This document shows positions 63,257-64,000 of a stretch of 64,000 nt of DNA, one piece after another (the stretch's first letter is position 1; each line of letters starts with the position of its first letter). Where the stretch lies: positions 77,197 through 141,196 of the forward strand of contig JBAZGT010000001.1 in NCBI GenBank assembly GCA_041652735.1, written 5' to 3'. Source of the stretch: Dehalococcoidales bacterium (GTDB lineage: Bacteria; Chloroflexota; Dehalococcoidia; Dehalococcoidales; RBG-16-60-22). The notes under the pieces are model-generated. The model worked only from the letters and a program-made list of their open reading frames with translations, was not told the DNA's origin and ran no database searches. The translations under genes were made by a program, and so were the position numbers.

Positions 63257-63349
63257 TGTCATCCTGAGCGTAGCGAAGGATACCGGGGCGGGGAGGTTTT
63301 CCCCCACCCCACCGAGATTCTTCAGTCGCTTCGCTCCTTCAGAATGACA
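63257..63349. repeat. MITE-like palindromic element, copy 4
   Basis: TGTCATCCTGAGCGTAGCGAAGGATACCGGGGCGG...TCGCTTCGCTCCTTCAGAATGACA, 93 bp; very similar to copy 3. Confidence 0.8.
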
Positions 63350-63368
63350 AATATATTGGAGGCGCAAA

Positions 63369-64000
63369 ATGCTTAAGTTTGAAAAGGCCGGGGAATTTAA
63401 GGACGTTATTTACGAGCGCAGCGGCTACGTGGCGCGCATTACCCTGAACGACCCCGATACCATGAACACCGGCGTCAAGGACTTCTGGAAGGCGCTGGAC
63501 GTGGTGGAGGAGGCAGACGACATCAAGGTGCTGGTTATCAAGGGGGCGGGAAGGGCTTTAGCCGCCGGCGCCCCCCTGCACGAGGTGGGGTTCGTTTACG
63601 GGTGGAAAAACCCCAAGCCCGGCGAGAAAGCGCCCAAGACCCCCATCCGCCACCGCATCAAGTTCGACAGGAAGCTCTTTTACGAATGCGCCCAGAAGCT
63701 GCTCAATTTCCCCAAGATAACGGTGGTGCAGGCCCACGGCTTCCTGCTGGGCGCGTCCATGGACATGTACATGCTCTGCGACTTCATCGTGGGGGCGGAG
63801 GACTGCAAGTTCGGCGAGATAGAAGTGCGGCTGGGCATTCCCCAGATGACCATTACCCCCATGATGATACTGCGCGTCGGCCTGACCAACGCCCTGGATA
63901 TGTGCCTGACCGGGCGCATGATGGACGGCAAGGAAGCCGCCCGCATCGGGCTCATCAACCGGGCGGTGCCGCCGGACAAGCTGGAGGAAGAGGTCAACCG
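63369..64000 (+). CDS. Enoyl-CoA hydratase/isomerase family protein; gene runs off the right edge
   Basis: Absent from the ORF track because it is open-ended. GGAGG RBS, then the ATG at 63369. Translation MLKFEKAGEFKDVIYERSGYVARITLNDPDTMN...VIKGAGRALAAGAPL...GFLLGASMDMYMLCDFIV. Confidence 0.75.
   Translation, partial: MLKFEKAGEFKDVIYERSGYVARITLNDPDTMNTGVKDFWKALDVVEEADDIKVLVIKGAGRALAAGAPLHEVGFVYGWKNPKPGEKAPKTPIRHRIKFDRKLFYECAQKLLNFPKITVVQAHGFLLGASMDMYMLCDFIVGAEDCKFGEIEVRLGIPQMTITPMMILRVGLTNALDMCLTGRMMDGKEAARIGLINRAVPPDKLEEEVN

Noticed and set aside
1-64000. Prophage, integrative element, defence island, CRISPR-Cas or toxin-antitoxin content
   Set aside because: No integrase, transposase, recombinase, phage structural, restriction, Cas or TA-like genes were recognised in any frame. 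The only mobile-like DNA is short non-autonomous repeats.

Overview
This is a gene-dense, roughly 60% GC bacterial chromosomal window. Gene content and repeat families suggest an anaerobic Chloroflexota/Dehalococcoidia-like organism, but that is inference and no search was run.

Left third (1.2-17.5 kb): one long + strand Wood-Ljungdahl supercluster. Gene order is cooC, fhs, cooC, lipoprotein, folD, small ORF, acsD, acsA (CODH), acsB (ACS), acsC, acsE, DUF3786, NuoE-like, NuoF-like.

Middle (19-39 kb):
- a tungsten-type aldehyde:ferredoxin oxidoreductase (AOR), a DUF362 Fe-S protein, queA, and a bicupin with a zinc-ribbon protein;
- a tightly coupled minus-strand unit of [NiFe]-hydrogenase small and large subunits followed by metV and metF;
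- a membrane HdrD/DUF224-type Fe-S oxidoreductase with a ferredoxin-fused etfA and etfB;
- housekeeping genes surE, acpS, nadE and plsY.

Right third (39-64 kb): a paralog-rich CoA-ester catabolic island.
- thiolase+DUF35, an acyl-CoA dehydrogenase (ACAD), meaB, an FAD oxidoreductase, 2 SnoaL-like proteins, 3-4 crotonases, 2 SDRs, a second AOR, MarR and 2 family-III CoA-transferases;
- an orphan glutamate-mutase-like B12 system (glmE, glmS, glmL) with no methylaspartase.

No rRNA, tRNA, CRISPR, transposase, integrase or phage genes were seen.

The intergenic DNA carries at least five short repeat families:
- 93-94 bp TGTCATCCTGAG...CTCAGAATGACA palindromic MITE-like elements;
- SLSKGE/VRQAHHER-type REP hairpins, including a 121-bp tandem array;
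- a CCCCCTTT...AAAGGGGG hairpin module;
- CAAGNNN heptad tracts;
- AGTWWAC heptamer arrays.

The most interesting candidates are the Tat-less uptake-type hydrogenase coupled to MetVF, and the context-orphan glutamate mutase homolog. All calls come from reading the translations and the sequence by eye; no database search or computation was possible.
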